A stretch of DNA of 64,000 bases from Veleropilina oligotropha (taxonomy: Eukaryota): positions 310,001 through 374,000 of the forward strand of contig JBEUKZ010000080.1 of the NCBI GenBank assembly GCA_048128005.1, in the 5' to 3' direction. Positions 24,501 to 38,623 of the stretch are shown in pieces (position 1 is the stretch's first letter; every line of letters begins with the position of its first letter). The notes beneath the pieces were generated by a model. The model was not told the origin of the DNA. It did not search any database and worked only from the letters and a program-made list of their open reading frames with translations. The position numbers and the translations under genes are program-made.

Positions 24501-24844
24501 GCTGCGTGATACAGTGGTAGATGCACTGGCCTCTCAACGAGAGGTTTGGGGGTCAATCCCCGATCTCGGCGAATTTCCTTGGGCAAGGAATTAAGCATAT
24601 ATGTGACTCGATTCACCCAGTCGATTTGTGATCTAAATGGGTACCTGGTTGGCAGTGACATAATTGTCGGAATGACAGGTCAAGCCCCTATAGCAGGCAT
24701 GTACTTGACCATAATACTCTCAGAAAGAGTTGAGAAGGAGTATGGAATGAACAGGCCAATAACCAGTGAATAATAAAGTAAGCGCTTCGAGCATGCATTC
24801 GTGTGTGTGGAAGCGCAGATAAATCGATCACATTATTATTATTA
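24501..24844 (+). mobile_element. tRNA-derived SINE with conserved central domain and L2-like tail
   Basis: A/B-box-like head (tgatacagtggtag; ggggtcaatcccc), ccttgggcaag...cacccag...aaatgggtacc core, and gtaagcgcttcgag...(att)n tail. A related tail lies inverted at ~41880-41960. Confidence 0.7.
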
Positions 24845-24848
24845 CCCC

Positions 24849-25636
24849 CGCATACCAGCGGGCACCCAGCCTGTACTCCAGCATACCAGCGGGCACTCAG
24901 CCTGTACTCCAGCATACCAGCGGGCACCCAGCCTGTACTCCAGCATACCAGCGGGCACTCAGCTTGTACTCCAGCATACCAGCGGGCACTCAGCCTGTAC
25001 TCCAGCATACCAGCGGGCGCCCAGCCTGTACTCCAGCATACCAGCGAGCACTCAGCCTGTACTGCAGCATATCAGCGGGCAATCAGCCTATGCTCCAGCA
25101 TACCAGCGGGCACTCAGCCTGTACTCCAGCATACCAGCGGGCATCCAGCCTGTACTCCAGCATACCAGCGGGCACTCAGCCGGTACTCCAGCATACCAGC
25201 GGTCACTCAGCCTGTACTCCAGCATACCAGCAGAGCACCCAGCCTGTACTCCAGCGGGTACCCAGCCTGTACTCCAGCGGGTACCCAGTCTGGACTCCAG
25301 CTTACCAGCGGGGCACCCAGCCTGTACTGGACCACCTTACCAGGGGGCACCCAGCCTGTACTCCAGCATACCAGCAGGTCATCCAGCCTGGTACTCCAGC
25401 ATACCAGCAAGTCACCCAGTCTGTACTCCAGCATACCAGTGGGCATCCAGCCTGTACCCCAGCATACCAGCAGGCACCCAGCCTGTCTGACATACCAGCC
25501 GGGCACCCAACCTGTTCTCTGACATATCAGCGGACACGCAGTGTACTCTTCCATACCAGCCGGGCACCCAACCTGTTCTTTGACATATCAGCGAGGCAAC
25601 CAGCCTGTACTCTGACATACCAGCCGGGCACCCAAC
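24849..25636. repeat. 31-bp minisatellite decaying toward its 3' end
   Basis: Unit cagcataccagcgggcactcagcctgtactc. Confidence 0.92.
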
Positions 25637-25848
25637 ATGATCGACTGTATAATTATAACCATTAACAACATGGATGGCTAATTATAACCATTAACTGCAT
25701 GACTCTAATTATAACGTGGGCTTATAATTGTGAAAAACAATAAATACAGAAAGGTCAATTAATATGCTTTACATATATGTTAACACAATAAAGTTCAGGG
25801 AAGTAAATATAACAGGATAAAATGTCTGGCAAGCAATTATATAATAAA

Positions 25849-26302
25849 GAGACTTAATTGCCCGTAAATGCGCTCTTTCGCACGAGTTGTCTCTGGCACG
25901 AGTTGTCCTGACACCGTCTATCACCCGGTTCGTGCAGATTGATACAAATTTTGTGAAGATATGATCGATATATGATCAAATGATAGACTTTTATTGAAAT
26001 TATTATTGTAACTGGGCAATATTTGTTACTGTCAAGTAGAAAGCTATCTTACGTGACGAGCAGAAACCAAAGCAACTGTGCTCCAACTAGGTCAATTGGA
26101 AATGAACTCGGTGCGAGGTAATTAAACGCGGACCGCATTTTATTATTTTTAAATATTCAGTAGCGATTAATTTAAACGGTAGCAAATTACTGACGAAAGT
26201 TGAGTGGTTCAAAATTCCTAACTTTTTTTGTTATAAACAAAAAGTGTAATGCTGTTAGTTTTCTTTAAAAAAAAGAAAGAGCGCATTTACGGGCAATAGT
26301 CT
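25849..26302. mobile_element. MITE-like element with ~25-30-bp terminal inverted repeats
   Basis: attgcccgtaaatgcgctctttc (25857-25879) versus gaaagagcgcatttacgggcaat (26275-26297). Confidence 0.7.
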
Positions 26303-27542
26303 AATGCATAATACATACATACATACATATATATATATTAAAGGTCAATGAGTTACCAAACCTGCTGATAATATAATATATATATATATATTAATAGTAA
26401 TCCTGTCGACTACATATGTATATATGTACCATTATGTCGAGATAAACTGTAAACAGGAACCAAATATAACAAGCACATATTTTCAGACAACATCGCGTTG
26501 ACCGAAACACGTTTTCTACGATGCAGTATATTACCTCAACAGAAATCGTGTGGACTTAATTTTAACACACATGTCAAATAATAATTAAAGGTTGAATGCG
26601 TGTAACAACCAGTCATTTTGAAATGACATCTCACACTAAATATATATATAATGTCAAATTGCAAACAATGTACACTCATTTTCCGTGCATATCACTGCTG
26701 TTTAATATGCCTAAATCGTATAATTCCGTCTGTATAAATGCACTATAGCCAGGGTTTATGTCAACAGGAATATTTATACATTGAAATAATGATGCCCTGA
26801 TCATCAAAACAACCCTCAAATATAATCTAGCTACACATCATTAGAAATAACAAATTTACATGATACACACGTGACGTTTGTGGTGGCTTAGTCAGTTGGA
26901 TTAATGCCATGATGTTGGATTAATGCCTTCTATATATATAATTATATTTACACAACGGCTCTTTTGTTTTAAAGAGGTTGGTATTCAGCAATGACGATTC
27001 AAAAGTAGGGTGGTATAGCCATACCACCCTACTTTTCACTCTATACCGACCTGCGTCCGTGCAAGACGGATAAAGCTGATCACAAGAGAAATTGACAACA
27101 AAGGAGCTAATTGGCCGTTGTGTAAGTCGGTTACAAACCTCGTTAGTCGGTATTCATCGATTTGAAAGACCTGCTTCCGTGCGGTAACACCTCGACCGCT
27201 CCGCGGTCTCGGTGTCACGATCAGCACGGGCGCAGGTCTTTCATATCGATGAATACCTCCAACTCGGTTAGTAACCTATACATATATATGATAATACACA
27301 GAAGCTCAACAATAAACAATTACACTGTTCACCTATCAGAGACATATGACCGACTAGTAAAGCCTACATTATCAATTATGCTAGAGCTCAGATCACAAGC
27401 CGAGAGCTCTCAGCAGGTTTGTAACTCATTGACCTTTATACAAGAGTCTTGACCTAGAGTAGACTTATATCATTATATCAAGATGACGGAATTTATCCTG
27501 GACAAAAATATCAGAAAAACTAGATGTTGTTATTGTCCACAA

Positions 27543-28897
27543 TAACAGGAATGTCTCCCCTATTTGAATAGAAGTGTAAAATTTTCATGTAATCTTCATC
27601 TTCTTGTTAAAATTAGCAATGTCGGAATGATCGATTGATCCATAGTTGTAAAAAAAGATCATTTGCGCAAATTATCAGGAAAGCAAATTATCGAAAATTG
27701 TACTTTGAGCAACAGATCACATGACCTTAGGCCTATATTGATGTCAAAAGCATCCTCTCTTCATACACAATCCGTAAATATTCCAAATATGAGCGCGATT
27801 GCCCAATATGCACGGTAGATATTATACAGAAACCAAATGACAAAAATTCTATTTTTAGACAGATCACATGACCTTTAAAATATTGACTTTCAAATATACA
27901 ATTCAAAGCATCATTTCCTCATACCTCATACACAACCTGCCTATGAGCTTGACCATGACCATTCAATATGAACAGTAGTTATTTCCCTGTGCCCTGAATG
28001 CAAATCGCAATCAAAATTCGGGAAAATTATATTTTTAGCAACAAGTCACGTGACCTTTGGCATACAGACCTGAAAAGCAATCTCTCCTCTCCTCATAAGC
28101 AACCTGTGTACCAAATATGAGCATAATCGCTCAAAGGAAATGGTAGTTATCGTCTGGAAACCAAATCTGAGTCAAAATTCTATTTTTAGTCGCAGATCAC
28201 ATGACCTTTGGCGTACCGACCTGAAAAGCAATCCCAAGGGACCACTCCTCATAACCAACCAGTGTACCAAATATGAGCAAAATCGCTGAAAGGAAACGTT
28301 AGTTATCATCTGGAAACCAAATCTGAGTCAAAATTCTATTTTTAGTCGCAGATCACATGACCTTCGGCATACCGACCTGAAAAGCAATCCCAAGGGACCT
28401 CTCCTCATAACCAACCCGTGTACCAAATATGAGCATAATCGCTGAAAGGAAACGTTAGTTATCGTCTGGAAACCAAATCTGAGTCAAAATTCTATTTTTA
28501 GTCGCAGATCACATGACCTTTGGCGTACCGACCTAAAAAGCAATCCCAAGGGACCTCTCCTCATAAGCAACCCGAGTACCAAATATGAGCATAATCACTC
28601 AAAGGAAACAGTAGTTATCGTCTGGAAACCAAATCTGAGTCAAAATTCTATTTTTAGTCGCAGATCACATGACCTTTGGCGTACCGCCCTGAAAAGCAAT
28701 CCCAAGGGACCTCTCCTCATAAGCAACCTGTGTACCAAATATGAGCATAATCGCTCAAAGGAAACGGTAGTTATCGTCCGGAAACCAAAGTGTGACAGAC
28801 AGACGGACGGACAGACGGACAGACGGACAGACGGACAGACGGACAGACGGACGATACAAAAACAGTATGTCTCCCCACAGGGATGGGGAGACATAAT
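27543..28897 (+). mobile_element. Non-autonomous Helentron/DINE-1/pearl-like element with internal 156-bp tandem array
   Basis: atgtctcccc near both ends; ccaaatatgagc recurs every 156 bp (28111, 28267, 28423...); (gacg/gaca)n microsatellite; 3' hairpin tatgtctcccc...ggggagacata. Confidence 0.75.
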
Positions 28898-29766
28898 TAG
28901 TGACAAAATAGGTTGAATATCGATGATGCATTATATATATATATATATAATATTCGTTCAATAAATGTTTGCGAAAAAATAAATATTGGATGTTATCCCA
29001 CCACCGTCGTCATGTCATGCACGGTTTTCTGACAATTATTTTTAATGACCAATATTTCCTGACCACCTTTAAATTTAAACTCGAGTTATCATCTGTATTG
29101 CATTACACCCAGAAAGATTACAGTTTTAAGTAAAAGATATTCACCATGGGATCATGAAACACTATTGCTATGTACATCATCAGTGCATTTGTAAATTTAC
29201 CTCTAGTGAAATAAAATTACCTGCACACATTTAAATGCTTATTTCTAAATTTGGATGCAGGAAATTGTTCAGATAGTAATGACCTAGAATTAATAATTAA
29301 TATATAAAAGGAGAACACGTTACTTGTCAAAGCTGGTCAGATGTACAGTGTAAGTAATCGTATTGAGTGATTAATGCAAATACATGTCCTAAGGGACCCT
29401 GTGCCGCATACCTACAGATACAGATGTATTCACCAAAGTGGCTAAGCTGGTTCATCGCTATTCAGGCATTGTGCACAATCGATATTAAAATCTGTGGTGA
29501 ATAACACTGGATACAATGCATGAATAATGATTTATTGCTTGGTTGCGTATTTGCATAAACTATTACACTCGACTCGATTTTCATCTCACCACAGCATTAT
29601 AAGCAATTAGACAATGCAATAATTTTATTTATATCAAATTGCACTGCCTTATGTTAATTTGAGATGATACATAATTTCATTTGATTACATTCACTTTGTA
29701 ACAGTTGAAAGTTTTAATTTAACTCCTTTTAACCCAGGATACTACAGTACTGCATATATTATAATA

Positions 29767-29944
29767 CAAGGGTGTCATTAATAGGTGGGTACCAGGTATT
29801 TTTACCCGCCTGTAAGTCAGTGTGTACCCTGCTGACATTCAGATATTACATTGACTTTTTAGTATTAAATAAAGAATTGGCAAAAAATTACCCGACTGTC
29901 GAAAACAATTACCCTCTTATTGCTTTTCTTATTGAAACCCCTAG
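29767..29944. mobile_element. Diverged solitary copy of the 181-bp MITE family
   Basis: gggtgtcattaataggtgggtacc...gcttttcttattgaaaccc matches 19791-19971. Confidence 0.8.
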
Positions 29945-30072
29945 CTGTATATAGTGATTTAGTACTTAGTAAAAGTTACATTTACCGTAGCATAGGCCAC
30001 ACCGGTAGCTGAGTGAATTAACTCAGTATGTAACAGGAGTGGGTTTGAAACCTCAACAGTCACATTCTTTGT

Positions 30073-30479
30073 TCTGTAACCAGGCACAGTTGTCTGTAAC
30101 CAGGCACAGTTGTCTGTATCCAGGCACAGTTGTCTGTAACCAGGCACAGTTGTCTGTATCCAGGCACAGTTGTCTGTAACCAGGCACAGTTGTCTGTATC
30201 CAGGCACAGTTGTCTGTAACCAGGCACAGTTGTCTGTATCCAGGCACAGTTGTCTGTAACCAGGCACAGTTGTCTGTATCCAGGCACAGTTGTCTGTAAC
30301 CAGGCACAGTTGTCTGTATCCAGGCACAGTTGTCTGTAACCAGGCACAGTTGTCTGTAACCAGGCACAGTTGTCTGTATCCAGGCACAGTTGTCTGTAAC
30401 CAGGCACAGTTGTCTGTAACCAGGCACAGTTGTCTGTAACCAGGCACAGTTGTCTGTAACCAGGCACAGTTGTCTGTAA
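30073..30479. repeat. 20-bp minisatellite with alternating A/T variant
   Basis: Unit tctgtawccaggcacagttg. Confidence 0.95.
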
Positions 30480-30707
30480 GTGGCTGGTGAAGACGAGTTT
30501 CCTGATGACAAATAAGACTGTCCTCTCACTGATATTATGGACAAATAATATGAACCTGAAGGTTGTTAAAGTTAGGACACTAAACATCAATCTAAACAAC
30601 TTTATATTTAACCCTTTGAGCCCTGCAGCCCTGAGCGCTAAATGATATATATACCTGGCCTCCTGATCAGATATATTTTATGTATGGTTATATTGCATAT
30701 ATATCTA

Positions 30708-31272
30708 TACTCAACCAAAAAAGAAATGCAAACCCCACTTTTATATAATTTCACTAGGTTAACAATTTGCCAAAATTTAATGCAAGAAAACATTTCTGAG
30801 ACATAAATTTTCTTTCCTCTATTATTGAAATAATGAAAGATAATTATTCCCGACCAAAAACAAATTGCGTATTATTAAAATGCGAACCGTCCGTGCGTGC
30901 ACCGGTCCGTCCGTGCAAATGAACTTTCCGGAGCGTATCTTATAAACTGCTCAATATATATATATACGAAATTTGGTGGGTGTATTAAGCAGTTGCCTTT
31001 GCTAATTTTAATGTTGTGGGGCGATTATTGACAGAGCTATTGCCATTGGTATTATTTAAGATAATTTGCACGGGCTGATGTACGCGTGCATGATCGGATG
31101 GTCTGCATTTTGACAGCAATTTTTTTTTGGCAGGGAATAATTATTTTTAATTTAATCTATTACATATGTACTGAAGGAAAGAAAGTTAGTGTCTCCGAAA
31201 TGTTTTCTTGCATTAAATTTTCGCAAAATGTTATTAAACTAGTAAAATTATCTAAAAGTGAGGTGTGCGTTT
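30708..31272. mobile_element. MITE with ~110-bp imperfect inverted arms (Tc1/mariner-like)
   Basis: aaaatttaatgcaagaaaacatttctgagaca (~30772) versus tgtctccgaaatgttttcttgcattaaatttt (~31190). Confidence 0.6.
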
Positions 31273-31669
31273 CAGTTCAGTTCAGTTTATTTTGCTATAA
31301 ATATTGTACAAAATTTTACATATAATTTATACAATGAAATATATATGGGTACTGCTATGATGATAAATAAATATATGGGCTCTGAGATCTGCCATGAAAC
31401 CCCTAGGGGCTTATATTTAAGGCAGACCACCTTGGACAAGAGATGAAACAGATAAAGTAATGTGTGTCGTAGATAGAGCCTATAAGCGGTGGTGTGAGTG
31501 TGAATGCGTGTCTGTTTGTGTGTGTGTGGGTGTGTGTGAGATTGTGTATGTGTGAGAGAGAATGATTTCTACAATGCATGATAGTACAATATAAATAACC
31601 CTATATAATCGAGTAATCATAATAAATTGAGATAAACTTTTCAAGAATAACATATTATTATTATTATTA

Positions 31670-31935
31670 CTAGCTATGGTACCCGTCTTCGCCGGGCAAG
31701 TCCCCCCACCCCAATTTTTTTTTTTTTTTTTTTTGGATAGTGCTCCCTTAAATATTTTTTTTTTTTCCCGAATTTTCCGAATTTTTTTCCTGGTAAACCT
31801 TCCTTGGGGGACCCCGATTAACCCCCCAAAGTTTGAAGGTCCTAGGTCAAGGCGTCTGGGAGGAGTTCAACTTGAAACAGACACACACACACACACACAC
31901 GCACACATACAATTATAGCTCCATTATATTAAGAT
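31670..31935 (+). mobile_element. Short Helitron/DINE-1-like non-autonomous element
   Basis: actagc..ggtacccgtcttcgccggg start, (ca)n, and ...attatattaagat end; same family as 49435-49881. Confidence 0.6.
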
Positions 31936-32413
31936 TATTATTATTTAATACATTTATAATGCGCCTATTCTAGTGTAGCTCTAAGCGCAGTACAAACTAT
32001 AACTAATATTACAGTACAATGTACACAAGAATATACAGGAGAGACATCAATGATACATACTATGAACGCAATAAGCAATAATAATAAACAGAATATTTTT
32101 TTGTTGAGTATTTTCAATTTTATTAATTTTTTTTTTACAAGCTCAATCAGACAAAGAGGTGAAGCAGCCACCAGCATGAACTTCAACCAACTTTGAATGG
32201 TACATAATGATGAATGCTATAAGCAACAACAATAAACAGATGTGAAGCTGAATTGTTAGTGAGATTTGATCAGGTTGGCATATACATCAGCAAATAGGTG
32301 TGTTTTCAACATCTTCCGAAAACTTGTCTGAGATGTGCTTTCCTTTACTTTAGATGGGAGTTTGTTCCAGAGTTTTGGGGCATTGTTGATAAATGCTCTA
32401 TCGCCATATTTAT
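31934..32413 (-). mobile_element. 3' fragment of the L2 family present at 45568-49038
   Basis: Close reverse complement of ~48520-49038, including the (aat)n tail. Confidence 0.9.
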
Positions 32414-33390
32414 CAACAAATCAAGTAATCAAAATAATTAAGATAAACTAAAAAAAATGTTCTTTCCACAGGGCTTAGTAGTGTGATAATAGGTATGTTT
32501 GTAAGTTCTTTTAAAGATATATTTGGATTTGGAATTTGATATGGTTGAGGGAATTGAGTTGAAGAGTTTGGGTCCTTAATATCTGATCGAGAATTTCCAG
32601 GTATTCCTCCTATTTCTGATCATATGATAATTGTTGGCAGATCGTGTATTATGTTCGCGGATGTGATATTGTTAAGAGAGAAATAGGTTTGAAACGTAGT
32701 TGGCAATATCTGTTTTTTGTGAGATTACATGAAAATTGCCGTCTGAAAATTATGAATATCATATAAGGTGAGGAGTCTTAATTTAAGGAAGAGCGGGGCT
32801 GTGTGGGCTTGCCATTGGACTCCAGTAATTACTCTAATTGCTCGTTTTTGCAATTTATAGACTGCGTTTAGTCGTGTGACGTTATTACTACCACAAATAA
32901 TGGTACAATAAGAAAAATATGATAAGATTATTGTTGAATATAAAGTATTAAGGGTGTGTAAAGGGACATCGTGTTTGATTCTATTTATTATCCCTATGGA
33001 TTTTGCAATTTTTTGGCTGACCGATGATAAATGTGGTTCCCAAGACAAATATTCGTCGACTATAACTCCAAGGAATTTTGAGTAATTGACTTGGTATACC
33101 GGCACATCATCAATTTTTAGATATGAATCTTTTATATCATTGTATTTCTTTTTGTGATGACATATGATCATATATTTAGTTTTACTGACATTTAGAGATA
33201 ATTTGTTGATTTTGAACCATTCGGAGAGTTTTACTAGTTCATTGTTTACAGTTTCTATAAGTTCTTTAAAATTAGAGTGAGAGTATAAAATATTTGTGTC
33301 ATCAGCAAATAATATATAATTTAGTATTTCGGATGTGTTGCTGATATCATTTATATAAATTATGAATAGGAGTGGACCAAGTATAGATCT
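32414..33390 (-). pseudogene. 5'-truncated L2/Crack-like LINE RT fragment; probable 3' UTR and (tgaac)n tail at ~31273-31670
   Basis: Minus strand reads ILGPLLFIIYINDI...ILFADDTNI, then KFLGVIVDEYLSW, LQKRAIR and HTAPLF. Confidence 0.85.
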
Positions 33391-36338
33391 TTTTTGGTTG
33401 AGGATATATCTAGAGAACGGGCAGGTGGATCGTCATGAAATTTTGAGAAGCCGTAGATAATGGAATTGTGATTCAGCCTCTACTTCTTGTATTTGTCAAA
33501 TGTCCCATATTACAGGTGAGACAGATGCGATAATTACATGTAAACCATATATTTAGAATATGCTCATATAATGAACAACCACAGTATTGAAATATTGATG
33601 GTAGCATGCAATTGATATTTACATATGAATTGGCAATGAATTTCTCAGCAATTGTGTCATCATTATAATAAAAGGTGTGTGCCAGGTGACAAAATGAAAC
33701 CCCTTGATAATTATAAACTATACTGCTGTATTGGCTTCTCCAAGAAACAAATTCAGTTTTCAAGAATCACAGTCTCTCAGTTACATGTACTTATTTTTGG
33801 TATATACATCATATGTGGTATAAATGTAGGTAATTAGGTTTTGCATTTTCTCCACTACATAGTAGTATTGGTCATTACCCATTACATACAGATGAAACAG
33901 GCGTGATAATTGCATATAAACCATATATTTTGCATATGTACATTTAATGAACAACTATTGTATTTAAATATTGATGGTTACTAAGCATGCAATTCGTACT
34001 TGTATAGGAATTGGCGACAATTTCCTCAACAATTGTGCCATCGGTATAATAACAGGACTGGTGTACCAGGTGAAAACCCGAAAGCTTTTGATCATTATAA
34101 ACTGACTTCTAAATTTATTATTTCACGAAACAAGGTAATCCAGTTTAAAGAATCACAGTATCTCAGTTAATTACCAACTGATATATCAAATTTTGTATAC
34201 ATGTAGGCCATTGAGTCATGTATTTGTCCCATTACTATTCCACTACACATAGGTAAGATAATTACAGGTAAATCATATAGTTCGTAAATATAACATGCAC
34301 TCGGCCCGCACTGGTCATCTATCCAACATCACTATACCAATACTGTGTAAATTATCGGTATCAGACTCGAAAAACAGTTGCCGCACCTGCGCCCCAGCGT
34401 ATTTGTGATTCCCTGAAGTCTTGACAGTGTCAGGTAAATCATGGAGCAATAAATCCATGAAATGTTCACTAAAAAGTCACTCGACAACCGTACATGGGCA
34501 CAGACATCTTGTATGACCTTATTAGGCACACAAATCCAAGCGGGCGTGCTGATTGGTATAATATTACCACATTTCTACATCCCATAATACAACCTGACCT
34601 CGATTCTCGGTGCACCGACACTATGGCATATGAGAAAATAACCATAATCCCGGTGTACCGGCATAATCCCGGTGTACCGGCACTACAGGCTCAAAGGGTT
34701 AATGATTGTATATAGTAAAAATTCCACCAAAAAAGATAATTTTGTACGGTAATGTTTTAGGGTAAGACTATTAAGAAAGGGCTATAATGACAGACACACG
34801 CCTCTACACATATATACACACATACTTCTATATATATATATATAGACAATATATACCAACCAGGTAACCAGTAGACTTAAGTTGGCAGGTAAGAATGATA
34901 TTGAGATACCAGGCTAGGAAGAGGTTGAAGCATGAATGGCCAACAATGGCGCTTACAGTACCGCATAGATCTGATTCAAGAACGAATAAGTGATTACTCA
35001 AAGAATAATCACTCTGCAATGCCCAGATGGCGACCACACCCTCTCGATGTTATGACATATCCACTGATCCACTGCTGCACTGACGTCAGACTAATCAGTA
35101 ATCCCTATTACTACACAAGGAATAATAACATATCTATAGAGAATGATATGATGATGCAAAAGTGCCCAAAATCACGTATTTGCCATTAATTTTCAGCCCA
35201 GTTCAACATTCCTATGTTATCACATGTCTTTTGTAAATTAAGACTCTATGCAAAACACTCATTGAATCACTGATTGATGTTTAAATTCAGTGACAAGATC
35301 CTAGTATATCTTTGATGTTATTTGGCTCTCAGTATTAACTATTTGGAGCCATTATTAATCAGTGAAGTAACCAAAAATTAAATTCAAAAGTATATCACAG
35401 AATTAAATGTCAGATTCACAATAATCTCATTTATCTATGATCAAGACATTGAAGTCAATCCAGAATATCGTATATCTCAGAATTAAATGTCAGATCTACA
35501 CTAGTTTTCTTTGATGAAGACTCCAAGCAACAAGAAACTCACCTGTATCCTCAACACCAGGAGATAAAAGATCAAACTTTATCAGGTGAAACAGCTTAAA
35601 TGCTACAATCACTTATCAGCATAAACATATGTCAGTAGTCTAATGAGTGAAATGCATTTTGCATTAAGTATTTCATGCGTAGTGCTCAGGTTGAATGGAA
35701 ACGTCAAGTGACATCCATAACAGCGCTGGATCAATAGACGGATAAACATCGTCATTGTGCGCCACAAGAGCAGTGGCATATCCTTTGAATTTCAATAAGT
35801 ATAGTAGCTGGAAATCAGCAACATCAACAAACTTAGTCTGTAACTATGGCGACAATCAAGCATGGTAATTGCAGCCCATTCCAACTGGGTGTTCTCGCTA
35901 TTGTTACAGCAAATAATTAACATTACAGCAATGCTGTACGTTAACTAGTGCATGATATTTAAGACAATATCATTACATTTGTGCAACATATATATACACT
36001 AATGTATGCATAAATTTTGGAAAAAAATAACAAGCCAATTTGCATTTCGGACATGCGATATTTATGCTACTGCTTGCCGATAAGGCACCCCTCAATTAAA
36101 AAAATAATTCAATACTTATTGCCAGAAAAGTATAATAGTTAGATATGAGAATGGTTCACGGCTAAACAGCACTTACTGCAGCTGTTACATTGAAAAACAA
36201 AAGTAAAAAACCATAAGATGCAGATAATTGTTTTTTTACTAGGTAATTGTTGACTTTAAAATTACCATTAATGCCATAACATTGTTTGTGGAAATCAAAT
36301 TTGCTCACATTATTCAATTATTCAATATCACTGCCAAA

Positions 36339-36957
36339 GTGTCATGTGTCATTCATAATGATAATGTGCCATGTGTCATTCATAATGATAATGTGTCATT
36401 CATAATGATAATGTGTCATTCATAATGATAATGTGCCATGTGTCATTCATAATGATAATGTGCCATGTGTCATTCATAATGATAATGTGCCATGTGTCAT
36501 TCATAATGATAATGTGCCATGTGTCATTCATAATGATAATGTGCCATGTGTCATTCATAATGATAATGTGCCATGTGTCATTCATAATGATAATGTGCCA
36601 TTCATAATGATAATGTGCCATGTGTCATTCATAATGATAATGTGCCATGTGTCATTCATAATGATAATGTGCCATGTGTCATTCATAATGATAATGTGCC
36701 ATGTGTCATTCATAATGATAATGTGCCATGTGTCATTCATAATGATAATGTGCCATGTGTCATTCATAATGATAATGTGCCATGTGTCATTCATAATGAT
36801 AATGTGCCATGTGTCATTCATAATGATAATGTGCCATGTGTCATTCATAATGATAATGTGCCATGTGTCATTCATAATGATAATGTGCCATGTGTCATTC
36901 ATAATGATAATGTGCCATGTGTCATTCATAATGATAATGTGCCATGTGTCATTCATT
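36339..36957. repeat. 27-bp minisatellite
   Basis: Unit gtgccatgtgtcattcataatgataat. Confidence 0.96.
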
Positions 36958-37564
36958 ATTAATGATATCATCAATAACAAAGCATATATTTGCCAAAACG
37001 TGTGTTGAGAACCCATTTAATATGCAATCAATGAAAAAACTCAAGCAAAAACTTAAATTATATTAAATTTCTTCAACATCACTGCTTTGATATGCCTGTT
37101 CATCAGTAATGATTATTATTATAGTCACTAAACCAGACAAACATTGTGGGTCCAAATAGGACCTCGATACAATCAAAATCATTAAATATAGCACAGATAT
37201 TAAAACATGACAATCACGGACTGCAAACCCTCACCTAGGTGACAATAGGCACATGATGGTGAAATCCAGAAATATCTCTTTGTCTTCTCGCTAGAGAGAA
37301 TAAGTGACAACCGGACATGACGTCATAATATTCTGATCCCGATTTGGATTGAGATAATTTTGGCATTTCCGGCTTTAGTGGCATTATCGGCCTTGTGTTT
37401 CAATTTCAAACCCTTCGCCCACCGCTTTAAACTGACGATGCCAGGTAAATGACAAATCCATGGCATGTACGTACTAGTGTACAGATTTTGCCACATCATA
37501 AAGAGAAGCATATCAATATTCTACGTACTCTCTTACGCAAAGACGTCATTTCACTACCCCATAA

Positions 37565-38623
37565 GGGGTAATCGGCTCATTCGGACCTTGGCCCACTCGG
37601 ACCCTGACATTTTCTGGCTGACTCGGACCTCAGCATTGGCTGACTCGGACCCCGACTTGGCTTACTCGGACCTTCACACTGGCTGACCCGGACCTCGTCC
37701 GCATTTCAGAATAACAAGTTAATACAACATACAGTAGTATTTAACATGGTAGTTTATTATTTATTTACAAACAAATATAACAATATGACAAGTTGTTACG
37801 CAATATTTTAATGCATTTATGACACAAAAATAGCAAAACGTGTTATAATGAGTCTAACAATTTAAATATTTAATAAGGAACATATACAAATATTACACTA
37901 AAATGTAGTATTAAGCAAATTCTTACCTATTCCACAAATCCGATGATTCCATCGCAAACAGTTGTCGCATTTAATTGCCTCCTGCCTCTGTTTAACTCGC
38001 GGCTTGCAAGAAATGCAATCGTTTAAATCCACAAGAGACATATATAAATGTTGCTGTTTCGAGTTATTGCAATGCACTAATAATATTCTAATTTCAATTT
38101 GGAAGATATTTTGAAACCATCCGTACGTTAACACTAATCACTGAGTGAGCGATAATCAGTGTCCGTGGCAGAATGAACTCTGCGATTAGTGCCGATAAAG
38201 CGTGAATTAAAGTAGCTGTTAGCCTACATTTTTGATTTGTTATCAATACATGTACTTAAATGTCAAATAAAAGAAATTATTTCTATTTATTATAAAAAGT
38301 TATTGAAATAATATATTAACACTTCTGGAGACTACCTAAAATTAATTTTGCAGTGACCGTATATTTATCGCAAAATACTTTTATTTTCATCTTTTTGACT
38401 TAAAGATAAACTTCAGAGAAGTCGACATTATGTACTGCATAATGTTAAAAAATTGACATATTTATATTTGCCAAAGATTTTATTAAAATTAATTATTTTC
38501 GCGGAGGTCCGAGTCAGCCATAAATGAAGGTCCAAATAAGCCAAGTCGGGGTCCGAGTCAGCCAAGCTAAAGGTCCGAATAAGCCAAGCTCTGAATGAGC
38601 TAAGGTCCGAGTCAGCCGGCATT
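37565..38623 (-). mobile_element. Non-autonomous MULE-like element retaining a PHD-finger exon
   Basis: Inverted arrays of ggctgactcggacc at both ends, flanked by ccccataa (37557-37564 / 38624-38631). Internal CISC...CDNCLRWNHRIC is followed by a splice donor ag|gtaag at ~37926. Confidence 0.65.

Larger units (their letters stand above)
30612..34698. mobile_element. Non-autonomous piggyBac-type element carrying nested insertions
   Basis: TTAA|ccctttgagccctgcag ... ctacaggctcaaaggg|TTAA; no transposase ORF seen. Confidence 0.7.

Noticed and set aside
24801..25665. 230-240 aa ORFs in three frames
   Set aside because: Stop-free 31-bp repeat; the same applies to ORFs at 29959-30599 and 36400-37016.
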